From NCBI GenBank assembly GCA_951406725.2, contig OX597836.1, positions 18,724,001 through 18,788,000 on the forward strand: 64,000 nucleotides of DNA. Reading direction: 5' to 3'. The notes under the pieces were generated by a model. It was not told the origin of the DNA, made no database searches, and was given only the letters and a program-made list of their open reading frames with translations. The translations under genes were made by a program, and so were the position numbers. Shown here piece after piece: positions 27,956 to 40,158 of the stretch; position 1 is the first letter of the stretch, and the number at the start of each line of letters is the position of its first letter. The stretch comes from Octopus vulgaris (taxonomy: Eukaryota).

Positions 27956-29079
27956 CTACACAAATGCAATTGCTACTTCCATCCATGTTCTCTCGTTTAA
28001 CAAGGATTTTTCCATAAAAAAAACAACAAAAAAGCAAAATTTATTCAATACTATAACAACCAGAAAACTGCATCATCGAAATCTATGTGTTTGTTTTAAA
28101 GAAAAACCAGACCCTTGTTTGGTTTGATTCAAAGAAGGGATTTAATTGAAGTTTGATATTGATGTTAATTACGATGACTATCTTAATTATAATACTATTT
28201 AGTTGTTATTGTTGTTGACGTTGTTGATGGTGGTTGTGGTGCTGTTGGAGTCTTTATTGATGTTGTTGTTGGTGGTTGTGGTGGTGGTGGTGGCTGCGAT
28301 TTTGATGATGGTAGTGATAATAGTGGTGGTGATATTTATACTGGTGGCGGTGGTAGCGGTAGTAGTGGCGGTGTGGTAGTTACAACTGTGGCTTCTTAGC
28401 TGAGTTCTTTGTGGAGATGACGAAGGTGGTGGTGGTGGTAGTGGTGGTGGTGGTGGTGGTGGTGGTGGTGGTGGTGTGGTGGTGGTGGTGGTGGTGGTGG
28501 TGGAGGTTGTTGTGGTGATGGTGCTGGTCGTCGTCATGGCGGATGTGATGGTGATGATAATGGTGATGGTGGTGGTGGTGGCGGTGGCGGTGGTGGTGGT
28601 GGTGGTTGCTGATGGTAGTGGTAGTGGTGGTGGTGGTGGTGGTGGTGGTGGTGGTTGTGGTGGTGGAGGTTGTGGTGATTGCGCTGGTCGACATCATGGC
28701 GGATGTGATGGTGATGATAACGGTGGTGGTGATGATGGTGGTGGTGGTGGTGGTGGTGGTTGCTGGTGGGGGCGTTGGTTTTGTTTTGGTGAAACATGTT
28801 TCAAAACATAGCCTCGGGGTGAATGGGTGAGGGTGTGGTGGTGGGGGGGTGGGGGACTCAAGAAACTGTTTAAGAGTAATTTTCGGAAAAATTTCCAAAC
28901 TGCTTTGCGTTCTTTCGTTGATTGAAGCTCGGTGATGTGCATCAAACTGTGACCTGTAAACAGCAAACAACGATAACAACAGCAACTTGGACAGCGATGA
29001 TGATGTTGTCGATGAAGTTGGCAACGACGATGACGAAGAAGAAGGGAGAAAGGAAGGTGAGAAGAAAAGGAAAATGACA

Positions 29080-30470
29080 AAATGCATAGCGGTATTTTGT
29101 CCACCTACTTATGTTCTGAGTTCAAATTTCACCGAGGTCACTTTGCTTTTCATTCTTTTGGGGGTCGATAAAATAAATACAAGCCAAGTACTGTGGTCGA
29201 TGGAGTAAGCTAGATGACCCTCACCCACAATATCAGATCTTGTGTCGAGAATCGTTAGCATACTGGGAAAAATGCATTTCGTTTGTCTATGTTCTGAGTT
29301 CAAATTGCACCGAGGTCACTTTGCCTTTCATTCTTTTGGGGGTCGATAAAATAAATACAAGCCAAGTACTGTGGTCGATGGAGTAAGCTAGATGACCCTC
29401 ACCCACAATATCAGATCTTGTGTCGAGAATCGTTAGCATACTGGGAAAAATGCATTTCGTTTGTCTATGTTCTGAGTTCAAATTTCACCGAGGTCACTTT
29501 GCTTTTCATTCTTTTGGGGGTCGATAAAATAAATACAAGCCAAGTACTGTGGTCGATGGAGTAAGCTAGATGACCCTCACCCACAATATCAGATCTTGTG
29601 TCGAGAATCGTTAGCATACTGGGAAAAATGCATTTCGTTTGTCTATGTTCTGAGTTCAAATTTCACCGAGGTCACTTTGCTTTTCATTCTTTTGGGGGTC
29701 GATAAAATAAATACAAGCCAAGTACTGTGGTCGATGGAGTAAGCTAGATGACCCTCACCCACAATATCAGATCTTGTGTCGAGAATCGTTAGCATACTGG
29801 GAAAAATGCATTTCGTTTGTCTATGTTCTGAGTTCAAATTGCACCGAGGTCACTTTGCCTTTCATTCTTTTGGGGGTCGATAAAATAAATACAAGCCAAG
29901 TACTGTGGTCGATGGAGTAAGCTAGATGACCCTCACCCACAATATCAGATCTTGTGTCGAGAATCGTTAGCATACTGGGAAAAATGCATTTCGTTTGTCT
30001 ATGTTCTGAGTTCAAATTGCACCGAGGTCACTTTGCCTTTCATTCTTTTGGGGGTCGATAAAATAAATACAAGCCAAGTACTGTGGTCGATGGAGTAAGC
30101 TAGATGACCCTCACCCACAATATCAGATTTTGTGCCAAGAATCGTTAGCATACTGGGAAAAATGCATTTCGTTTGTCTATGTTCTGAGTTCAAATTGCAC
30201 CGAGGTCACTTTGCTTTTCATTCTTTTGGGGGTCGATAAAATAAATACAAGCCAAGTACTGAGGTCGATGGAGTCAGCTAGACGACCCTCACCCAGAATA
30301 TATCAGATCTTGTGCCAAGAATTGTTAGCATACTGGGAAAAATGCATTTCGTTTGTCTTTACGTTCTAGATACAAATCCTGCCGAGGTCGAGTTGGACAC
30401 TGGGGTTTATGCAATTGACTTACCTGCCACCAAACCTGCTGGCCTTGTGCCAAAATTTGAAACCATTACT
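29080..30470 (+). repeat. SINE-derived 178-bp tandem repeat: ~7 near-identical units plus a terminal diverged SINE end
   Basis: Exact 178-bp period (repeated ORFs at 29109, 29287, 29465, 29643, 29821 and 29999). The unit is a diverged family 1 core and A-tail fused to the next head. Confidence 0.95.
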
Positions 30471-31284
30471 CTTATTGGACCTTTCCCGTTAGGCTGCAGC
30501 CATGGAAATCTCAAAGTTTATTGAATTTTTTTTTTAATTTGGTGTATTATTGTAGCTTTCCAAGCTGGATAATGCTATAGAAGTTTAAAGTTTGATCATT
30601 TTCCTCCAGTCGGAAAACTGGATTTCAAAGCTGTCATTTTGTGCATAACGTGTTTTAATGTGAAACTATAAATATATCAACTTATGCTTTACACATGACA
30701 TACAACCCCTCACAACTTCTTTATATTTTTTGGAATTTTCAGAAAATGTTTGCGAATTAGGATTCTACACTCGAGAATTCATACGATTATGCAAAAACAA
30801 AAAACAAAGTGTGGGTACGTGATTTAAGGCCTGTTTGGCTGTTATTTTTAGCACATCTTTCGACCAGGATACAAGCAGCAGATGGGGGACAAGCAGGCAG
30901 TACACAGCATCGACAAACATTTTCGCGTAGAACATATTAGTCAACACGTGCTTTTTTGCAGACAAAAGAGTTCTCATGTTTGGCTTCTTCTATGGAAGCA
31001 GGCATGAATATGTCTGAAGCTTACGATTGGCTAAAATTACCCAAAATTTGTGGCAAACAAGAAATTTTTATAAATGAAAATGAATTTAGAAGTACAACAT
31101 GCATGTTGGAAAATGTAGACGAAATGTGGCACTGTATCCTAGATATGTCCAGCAAGAAGATATCACCACCACAACAGTAACAACAAGAGCAACAGCACTA
31201 ACAGAGGTAGGAGGCCACAATATCACTAACAACAGGATTGAATTTAACTGCTGCGGAGACATCAGCAACAACAATTACTTCATC

Positions 31285-31370
<86 letters not shown>

Positions 31371-31374
31371 GATA

Positions 31375-31889
31375 TGTTTCTTTATTAGCCACACAGGGCT
31401 GCACACAGACAGGACAAAATTACAAGGTAGAGCTTTTCTTTTGGGGGTAAAAGAAGGGGGTTTGGTTTTCGATCAAAAGGGATCGTAAAAAGAAAGAAAG
31501 AGGACAAAAAAAGGGGGTAATGAAATTTTTAAAAAAAAGGGGGGAAGGGAAAGGAAGGAAAAAAATTGATCAATAGGGATCGTTATCACAGAAATGTCAA
31601 TATGAAGTGTAAAGGGGAGGACAGGTGAGGTTTACCCGTGGAAAGAAAAGCCTACGGAAAAGACCACGGTAACCTCGGTCAATGAAGTCACATGTTATAT
31701 TTCTTTTTTTTTTTCAAATAAGCAACCCTCTGTATTAATTTTTACGGTTCATAGAATCATAGTCAAGGTGGCTTCGTCATTCATACGTGCCATCCTTGCT
31801 ACATTCACCCATCTTTTTTTAAAACATTCACTAGACAAAACTTGCCTCTCTACTCTCACTTTCCTCTTCAAGTCATACTTGAAGAAGTT

Positions 31890-31892
<3 letters not shown>
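31375..31892 (-). mobile_element. Second copy of the Tx1 LINE 3' end, within (GATA)n
   Basis: Colinear with 24007-24537; same 3' junction, different 5' truncation, (GATA)n on both sides. Confidence 0.92.
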
Positions 31893-31947
<55 letters not shown>

Positions 31948-32330
31948 AAGATATTGTGCGTGTGTGAATGAATGTGTGTCGGATGTGTAAAGTCACAACA
32001 ACAACAACAATGATGAACAGGATTATAAGGGAAAGAAAAGAAACGTCAAAAATAGAAAATCATGAAAGAGAATAAAAGAAAATGTTTGAAATAAGATGAA
32101 TGAAAAGGAGTCAAAGAGAAATACGACGGAGAAGATTTTGTTGGTGACGGATGTGGTACTGATAATAGGGGGAGATGTGGTAGGGAATGGGATAGTGGTG
32201 GTGGGGGGATGGAATGATTGAGTTTGGAGGTGTGGGTGGAACAATGTTGTGGTATTTATTATTAAATGTGGTGGGGGAGATACTAATGTTGATGTTGGTG
32301 TTGGTGGCGATGGTATTGCAGGGAGTAATA

Positions 32331-33115
32331 GGCGGAGAGCTGGCAGAAACGTTAGCACGCCGGACGAAGTGCTTAGCGGTATTTCGTCCGCCGCTGCGTT
32401 CTGAGTTCAAATTCCGCCGAGGTCGACTTTGCCTTTCATCCTTTCAGAGTCGATAAATTAAGTACCAGTTACGCACTGGGGTCGATGTAATCGACTTAAT
32501 CCGTTTGCCTGTCCTTGATTGTCCCCTCCTGTGTTTAGCCCCTTATGGGTAGTAAAGAAATAGGTATTTCGTCTGTCGTTACGTTCTGAGTTCAAATTCC
32601 GCCGAGGTCGACTTTACCTTTCATCCTTTCGGGGGTCGATAAATTAAGTACCAGTTACGCACTGGGGTCGATGTAATCGACTTAATCCGTGTGTCTGTCC
32701 TTGTTTGTTTCCTCTGTGTTTAGCCCCTTGTGGATAGTAAAGAAATAGGTATTTCGGCTGCCGTTACGTCCTGAGTTCAAATTCCGCCGAGGTCGACTTT
32801 GCCTTTCATCCTTTCGGAGTCGATAAATTAAGTACCAGTTGCGCACTGGGGTCGATGTAATCGACTTAATACCTTTGTCTGTCCTTGTTTGTCCTCTCTG
32901 TGTTTAGCCCCTTGTGGGTAATAAAGATATAGGTATTTCGTCGGCCGCTATGTTCTGAGTTCAAATTCCGCTGAGGTCGACTTTGCCTGTCATCCTTTCG
33001 GGGTCGATAAATTAAGTACCAGTTACGCACTGGAGTCGATGTAATCGACTTAATCCGTTTGCCTGTCCTTGTTTGTCCTCTCTACGTTTAGCCCCTTGTG
33101 GGTAGTAAAGAAATA
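32331..33115 (+). mobile_element. SINE family 1 concatemer: head + 4 tail-B units
   Basis: GGTATTT at 32378, 32563, 32748, 32932 and 33116 (period 184-185). Confidence 0.95.
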
Positions 33116-33711
33116 GGTATTTATTATTAAATGTGGTGGAGGAGATACTGATGGTAGGTCGATGTTGGTGACGATGGTATTGCAGGGTGTAGGAGTGGTA
33201 ATGATGGTGATGATACTGATGGGATGGCGATGGTAGAGATAATGGTAGTGGTGGTGGTGGTGGTAGTTGTGGAGGGGTAATGCTGATGTTTGTGATGGTG
33301 GCAGTGTTGGTGATGGTGAGGATGGTAGTAGTGGTTCTGCTGCTGATAGAATGATTTTAGTAGTGCTGAATCTGTGTTGAAGCAGGTGATGTGGTGGGGG
33401 GTGGTGATTGTAGTGGTAGTGGTACTAGTGGTGGTCCTGGTGGTGGTAGTAGTGCTAGCGGAAAGGTTAATTCTGGTGATGGAAATGGTGGTGGTGGTGG
33501 TGGTGGTGGTGGTGGTGGTGGTAGTGGTGGTAGTCGTCGTTCTAGTTCATAATGACAACAACGTCTTGGGTTTTTAGTGGAAGATGTTAAGATGTGGTGA
33601 AAAGACCAAAAATTTGTGGTGGTTGTGGTGGTGATGGTGGTGGTGGTGGTGGTGGTGGTGGTGGTGGCGGCGGCGGCGGCGGTAGCGGGAGTGTGATAGT
33701 GTTGATGTTCT

Positions 33712-33761
<50 letters not shown>

Positions 33762-34096
33762 ATAGTAGTAGTAGTAGTAGTAGTAGTAGTTGTAGTAGTA
33801 GTTGTTGTAGTAGTAGTAGTAGCAGTGATCGTTCATCATCATCGTCGTCGTCATCGTGATCATCGTCGTTTCTGTAGTGTTTTCCCCCTTCTTTCGTTAA
33901 AATACGTTTTTTAGGGGGTTTTTTAAGAGGTGGAGGTTAAAATCTCGAAGGTGGTGGTCGTGGTCGCAATGGTGATGGGTGGTGGTGGTTGTGCTCCCTA
34001 TTGTACAATAGCTACTAATGACTCTATAATGTTTGCTTTATAAAACAATAAACCCTCATAAAGAATTCTCAAACACCTTTTTCTATTAACATCACA

Positions 34097-34097
<1 letters not shown>

Positions 34098-34167
<70 letters not shown>

Positions 34168-34172
34168 CATTG

Positions 34173-34264
<92 letters not shown>

Positions 34265-34355
34265 GTTATTATTATTGTTATTGTTATTATTATTATTATC
34301 ATTATTATTGTTATTATTATTATCATTGTTATTATTATTATTGTTATTATTATTA

Positions 34356-34389
<34 letters not shown>

Positions 34390-34390
34390 T
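34098..34390. repeat. (ATT)n microsatellite
   Basis: Directly visible. Confidence 0.98.
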
Positions 34391-34539
34391 TTATTGCTGT
34401 TGTTTGTTTATTAGGAAATATCGTTCGTTCGATCATGTTGATCAAAGTGTGAAGTAATTATATTAGTAGAAATTGATTGAAAGAATCGAGGGACCATCTT
34501 TTATTTTGTCCACTCACCACACATTGTTACATCTTTATT

Positions 34540-35665
34540 TGGCTTTCTTTCTCTTTCGCTCACTCTCACTCTCACTCCCTCTCCTCTACGTCTCTCTCTC
34601 TTTCTTTGCCCCCCCTCTCTCTCCCTCTCAATTGAGCACCTCTCACATTTTTACATCAAATTTACATTCTATTTCTCTCTCTCTCTCTCCTGTCTATCTC
34701 TCTCTCCTGTCTATCTCTCTCTCCTGTCTCTCTCTCTCTCTCTCTTGTCTCTTTCTCTCCAACATTCTCTTTATCTTTCCCTTTTCACTTAATGTATCTT
34801 TTCTTTTTCTCCCAAATTTATCCTTTTGTCCCTTCCTCTTCCTATTTTCATCACTCTCTCTTTCTCTTTTTCTCTCATTTTCTCCCCATTTTTCCTTCTC
34901 TCTCGCTGTCTCTTTCCCTTTTTCTCTCTTTCTATCTTTTGTTTTCTCCCTTTTTCTTTCTCAAACACACAACCTCTTTCTATTTTTCTCTCCACATCTT
35001 TTTCCATCTCTAATCCTCTACTTCGCTCTCTCACTCTCTCCTCTACGTCTCTCTCCTTGCCCCCCCTCTCTCTCTCTCCTCTACGTCTCTCTCCTTGCCC
35101 CCTCTCTCTCTCTCTCTTCTTCGTCTCTCTCCTCTACGTCTCTCTCTCTCAATGGGGCACCTCTCACATTTTTACATCACAATTATATTCTTTTTCTCAT
35201 TTTTTGCTTTCCTTTTCGCAATTTTTCTTCTCCTTTTTTCCTCTCCTTTCTTCTCACTCTTTATCTCTCTATCTCTCTATCTCTCTCTCTCCTGTCTCTT
35301 TCTCTTTTTCTCTCTTCTCTCTTACATTCGCTTTATCTCTCTCTATTCACTTAATCTATCTTTTCTTTTTCTCCCAAATTTTCTTACAATCTCTTTATCT
35401 TTTTTCCCCTGCCTCCATCTTCCTATTTTCATCCCTCTCACTTTCTCTTTTCCTCCCCATTTTTCCTTCTCTCTCACTGTCTCTTTCTCTTTTTCTCTCT
35501 TTCCATCCCTCTTTTTCTCCCTTTTTCTTTCTCACACACACAACCTCTCTCTCTCTCTTTCTCTCCACATCTTTTTTCCATCTCTATTCCTCTACTTCGC
35601 TCTCTCTCTCTCTCTCTCTCTACCTCTACCTCTACCTCTAGCTCTACCCCTACCTCTCTCACTGT
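34540..35665. repeat. ~1.1-kb CT-rich polypyrimidine tract built from a degenerate ~520-570-bp duplication
   Basis: Anchors repeat: CACCTCTCACATTTTTACATCA (~34637/~35158), TCACTTAAT..ATCTTTTCTTTTTCTCCCAAATTT (~34785/~35347), CACACAACCTCT (~34966/~35536). Confidence 0.85.
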
Positions 35666-36028
35666 AACCCTTATTATTTTACCTGTCTCGCAGCATCTCA
35701 TGACACCTCATTATTCATTCCTGTCATTACATCGTCTTTACATTCATCACAATGCTTGTATTAGCATAATCACTACTGTTATTGTTATCTCACGACGAGA
35801 TTATCTTCACTTATCTACCGTCACATCGTTTTCTTCTCTTATCTCGCATCATCCTCAATATCATCATCGTCATTCTCACGATGATGACGCTTTTAACACG
35901 TCACTCAGACAACAATAGGTCTGCAACTCTGCAATAATAATGATGATGATAATGATGATAATAATAATAATAATATTAATAATAATGATAATAATGATGA
36001 TGATAATACTAATAATAGTAATAATAAT

Positions 36029-37269
36029 GAAGAGGGAGGCCGTGGTCTTTTGCAACTGGCAATAACAATGAAGATTGCTACAATTGGCCTAGACACCTAC
36101 CTGAAAAACTCTGGATGTTAAAACTTGTCTCAAAACATGAAAACAAGAAAGCATCATACTCAGTCACAAAACAGGCAAAGGAATATCTAAGTGAATTGCG
36201 AATACAACCAATTTCGGAATTAGAGATAGATATACAAGAAACAAGCACAGAAAAAGCTAGGCGCATGAAAACCCGTGCCAAAACTGCGGCCTTAGATATT
36301 CTGAATAATAAATGGCAAGAAAAACCTCTCTATGGCAAATACCCAAAGAGAGCGAATAATGCAGATATCGACAAAGCCCTGACCCATCAATGGCTAATGG
36401 CCTCTGGCTTAAAATCTGAAACAGAGGGGTTTATCATAGCAGCTCAAGATCAATGCCTACCAACAAGAAACTACCAGGCCAACATATTAAAGAACAGCAG
36501 TAGCCCAACATGTCGTGTATGCCGACAACAAAATGAAACCATTGACCATGTTGTCTCCAAATGCAGTCTTCTAGCGCCTACAGAGTACCTCAGTAGGCAT
36601 GATAGAGCTGCACAATATATTCACTGGGTAATTTGCAAAAACCTGGATTTGCCCCATGAAAAAAACTGGTGGGAACACAATCCACCTCCTGTGCTAGAAA
36701 ATTACCACATCTCACTCCTCTGGAACTTCACCATTCAAACTGACAGGAAGATAGATGCAAATAGGCCAGACATTATATTGAAAGACTTCAGACAAAGAAC
36801 ATGTCTCCTCATTGATATGACTGTCCCAATCGATATAAACGTATCTGTCAAGACCTACCAAAAACTGAGCAAATATAAAGATCTTGAAATAGAAATCAGC
36901 AAAATGTGGAAGCTGAAGACTAAAACAATACCTGTTGTCATAGGTGCCCTGGGAATGATAGCGAAAGGGACTGATTGCTACCTAACTCAGATACCAGGAA
37001 ACCCCAAAATGGCAGAAATTCAAAAGATAGTGCTCATGGGAACTGCTCATATCCTACGCAAAATACTCTCTATGTAATCCCAAGGTTTAAAACAAACTTT
37101 TTTTTTTTAATTAATTTATTTATTTATTTTTTTATGTATTAGACATTCACTAGTACAACACCATAAAAAAAAAAAATATATGGCACAGAACTTCTAACCT
37201 GTTGTCTTTTGAGGTCTCTGGGTGAGACTTGGAGCCAACTTGTACAGACATAAAGCAAAGTCAAACATA

Positions 37270-37270
<1 letters not shown>
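36029..37270 (+). mobile_element. Dong/R4-clade non-LTR retrotransposon, 5'-truncated, intact RLE domain, inside (TAA)n
   Basis: EGGRGL motif, ETEGFIIAAQDQ, CRVC-x8-H-x4-C knuckle, RHD, RPD...IDMTV...K..KY, PVVIGALG; stop at 37077. TAA-type repeats on both flanks. Confidence 0.95.
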
Positions 37271-37334
<64 letters not shown>

Positions 37335-37343
37335 GTAATAGTA

Positions 37344-37381
<38 letters not shown>

Positions 37382-37384
37382 GTA

Positions 37385-37469
<85 letters not shown>

Positions 37470-37471
37470 TA

Positions 37472-37514
<43 letters not shown>

Positions 37515-37754
37515 GATCGTCACGGTGGAATCAGTTGGCACTTGAACCCATTCCACACGCGACATGAGGTGTTCGACATAAACTTACAGGTTTATTGCTG
37601 TGATATTCATGCTTTTCTCAAACTCTTATGAGTAGTAACGCTAAGTAACGTGGCCGTAAACAAACCAACACAAGCAGCGGTAAGCAATAAATACAAACAC
37701 ATACACATACAGCCACACTCACACATATATAGACAAATATAAATATATATATAT

Positions 37755-38240
37755 ATTCCTTTATTCTTCTATGCGTTTCAGCCCAAAGGTTGTGGCCATG
37801 CTAGGGCATATATATTTACACACAGCAGGCTTCTTTCTGTTCCCGTCGACCAAATCCACTCACGAGGCTTTGGTCCACCCGGTGCTATAGTAGAACCAAA
37901 GACAATGTGTTCCTTCTCGAGCCACGCCTGGCTCATAAGGGCCTGTTTCCCGGTTTCCTTGGCGTATAGGTTCCCCACCTGGACGGGACGCCGGTCCGTC
38001 GCAGGTGAGCTGCAAGATGCGAGAGGAAAGACTGAGAGAAAGTTGTGGCGAAAGAGTCAGCAGAAGTTCGCCATTACCTTCTGCCGGAGCCGCGTTGAGC
38101 TTCGGTGTTTCGCTCATAAACACACACATCGCCCGGTCTGAGATTCGAACCCGCGATCCCTCGACCGCGAGTCCGCTGCTGTAACCACTAGACCATGTGC
38201 CTCCACTAAAGACAATATGGTTGGAGAACAAGCTTTTTAG
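37755..38240 (-). mobile_element. SINE family 2 interrupted by a family 3 SINE (37909-38205, tail type Y) with 9-bp TSD
   Basis: AAAGACAAT at 37898-37906 and 38208-38216; the family 2 head remainder resumes at ATGGTTGGAGAACAAGCTT. Confidence 0.85.
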
Positions 38241-38939
38241 AAGTGAAATATCTATAAACGAAACACGAAACTCAGACCTTGCAGTTTGGCCAGCGTATGT
38301 TGTACGTCTCTCTTCCATAGCTGTTGGTTTATTGCTGTGATGTTTATGCCTTTCTCAAACACTTATGAGTCGCCGCGCGAATAAATGGAATTATCACCCG
38401 CCTACTGTCGAAATATGCTAACGGAATAATCTAACAAACAGCTTATTTCTTGTATACAACGTGAATTGATTACTTTAAAACAACAAATAAACAACAGCAA
38501 CAACAGTGATAACACAAAAAATAACGTAAAAAAAGACCAAATTGCTAATAATTCCCAAATGTCTTCGGTAATAAGATTTCTCAACAGTGCTTTCTCTCCT
38601 GTTGCAAAGATTGATAGCTATTTCGCCTGAGGCCAGCCATTTTTGTTAAATAACGAAATTATCCGTTGAGCTGTTTAAACAATTTACAGACAGAACGTTA
38701 GGCAGACGACTCCACTAACACTTCAGCCGACACTAAACATTCCGAGGATGTCAAATCTCAGCGAACATTCGCCATTTTGTTTTAGTCTTATTGCTGTAAT
38801 AGCAGTTAGAGTTGTTGTTGTTGTTGTTGTTGTTATTGCTAGTTTTGCTATAGTTGAATTTTTGTTCGTGGTGGTGGTATTGTTAAACTTTGGCTAGTAA
38901 AAAGCTAAGTTACTATCGAAGTTTAAATCAGTGAACTTT

Positions 38940-39400
38940 GAAACTTGGTCGAAACCGAATCGCATTGGAACCGGTTTCCTAGTGCCAAATTCAATAAAAT
39001 TCCAATAAGATATTCTCATAGTAAATGCCATTTTTTTCGTTGCCTACATGAGCTGCTACTGTGCGCCAAAATTGAGGCTGATGGAGGATAAACAGTAAAT
39101 GCAGAATAAGTGAACATTTTTCTCGTTGAAATACACCGAAAAATGGCGACACAGCAGTCAAAAAATCATAAAAAATAGGGATTTTCATAGAAAAAAATGC
39201 ACCCTTTTATGTAAATAATTTTTGTTTTTAACATGGTCCAATCTGAAGTTTTTCTTCCACGGAAGGAAGAGCAACCCTTCTTCTATCTTGCTATCAATTT
39301 TGGTCAACTTGCGCCGCATGGTGTCGGAGGAGATAGTGTTAGTTGAAGGCTACCAAACCTGCCATACACAGACAACTTCAGCTTTATATATAGAAAGATT
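38940..39400 (-). mobile_element. Possible non-autonomous Helitron-like element
   Basis: The minus-strand start TCTATATATAAAGCTGAAGTTGTCTGTG resembles recalled 5' ends of small invertebrate Helitrons. No clear 3' hairpin-CTAG seen. Confidence 0.35.
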
Positions 39401-40088
39401 AGATCTAACATCCAAGGCGTTCTTTTTAAAGATCTGAAATATGATATTTACAAAGGGTTTTGTTATATTAGATGAAACACACAATTTGAATGGAGGATTA
39501 TATCAGGTAATAACACGTGTATACGACAGTTTTATATCAGGTATTATCAGGTGAGAAAAACTGAATCTTCTTCGTGTAAACCAGTCTCTGTTACGACATT
39601 GTTGAGAGAGGTGCAATTTAAAGATTTCTTCATCGTGTGAAACATTACATATACGTCGACAATTGACATTGATTAAAGACGGGTGAGTAAAAACCTAATT
39701 AATGAAAAGCAATTTTTCATTTGACTTCTTATAAGGATATTGCTTGCCCATATCCACATCCGACAGAATGCCTAAAATATTGGGGACGGGGTTACACGCT
39801 ATCGATCAATCTATCACACTCTACCTCTTTCCCTCTCTATTTTTCTGTCTTTCTCTCTCTCTCTCACTGTTTGCGTGATTCCCTCATAAGACATCTAGCT
39901 ACCGATCTCTTTTAGTATCGATCTATTTACTTCCTCCACTATCCATCTCTCTACCTTTTGCAGTCTATCTTTCTTCTCTATATCTCCTAATGCAATCTGT
40001 TTTAGTTCAGTGGCTCAACTGTCGATTTGACTGTCTAAGAATTTTTGCTATGTATACATACACAGACACACACACATACACACACTCA

Positions 40089-40158
<70 letters not shown>

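Noticed and set aside
29109-30193. Six repeated 64-aa ORFs (MNSEHRQ...) or a CRISPR-like array
   Set aside because: Antisense reading of a SINE-derived 178-bp tandem repeat; no unique spacers, and the context is eukaryotic.
30480-31150. Possible non-autonomous DNA transposon (a similar AT-rich block lies at ~4080-4640)
   Set aside because: Could not identify matching terminal inverted repeats or a TSD by eye.
39440-39512. Candidate next exon ending GLYQ|GTAAT
   Set aside because: The upstream frame has no SCYL2 similarity, hits a stop, and has no good acceptor.
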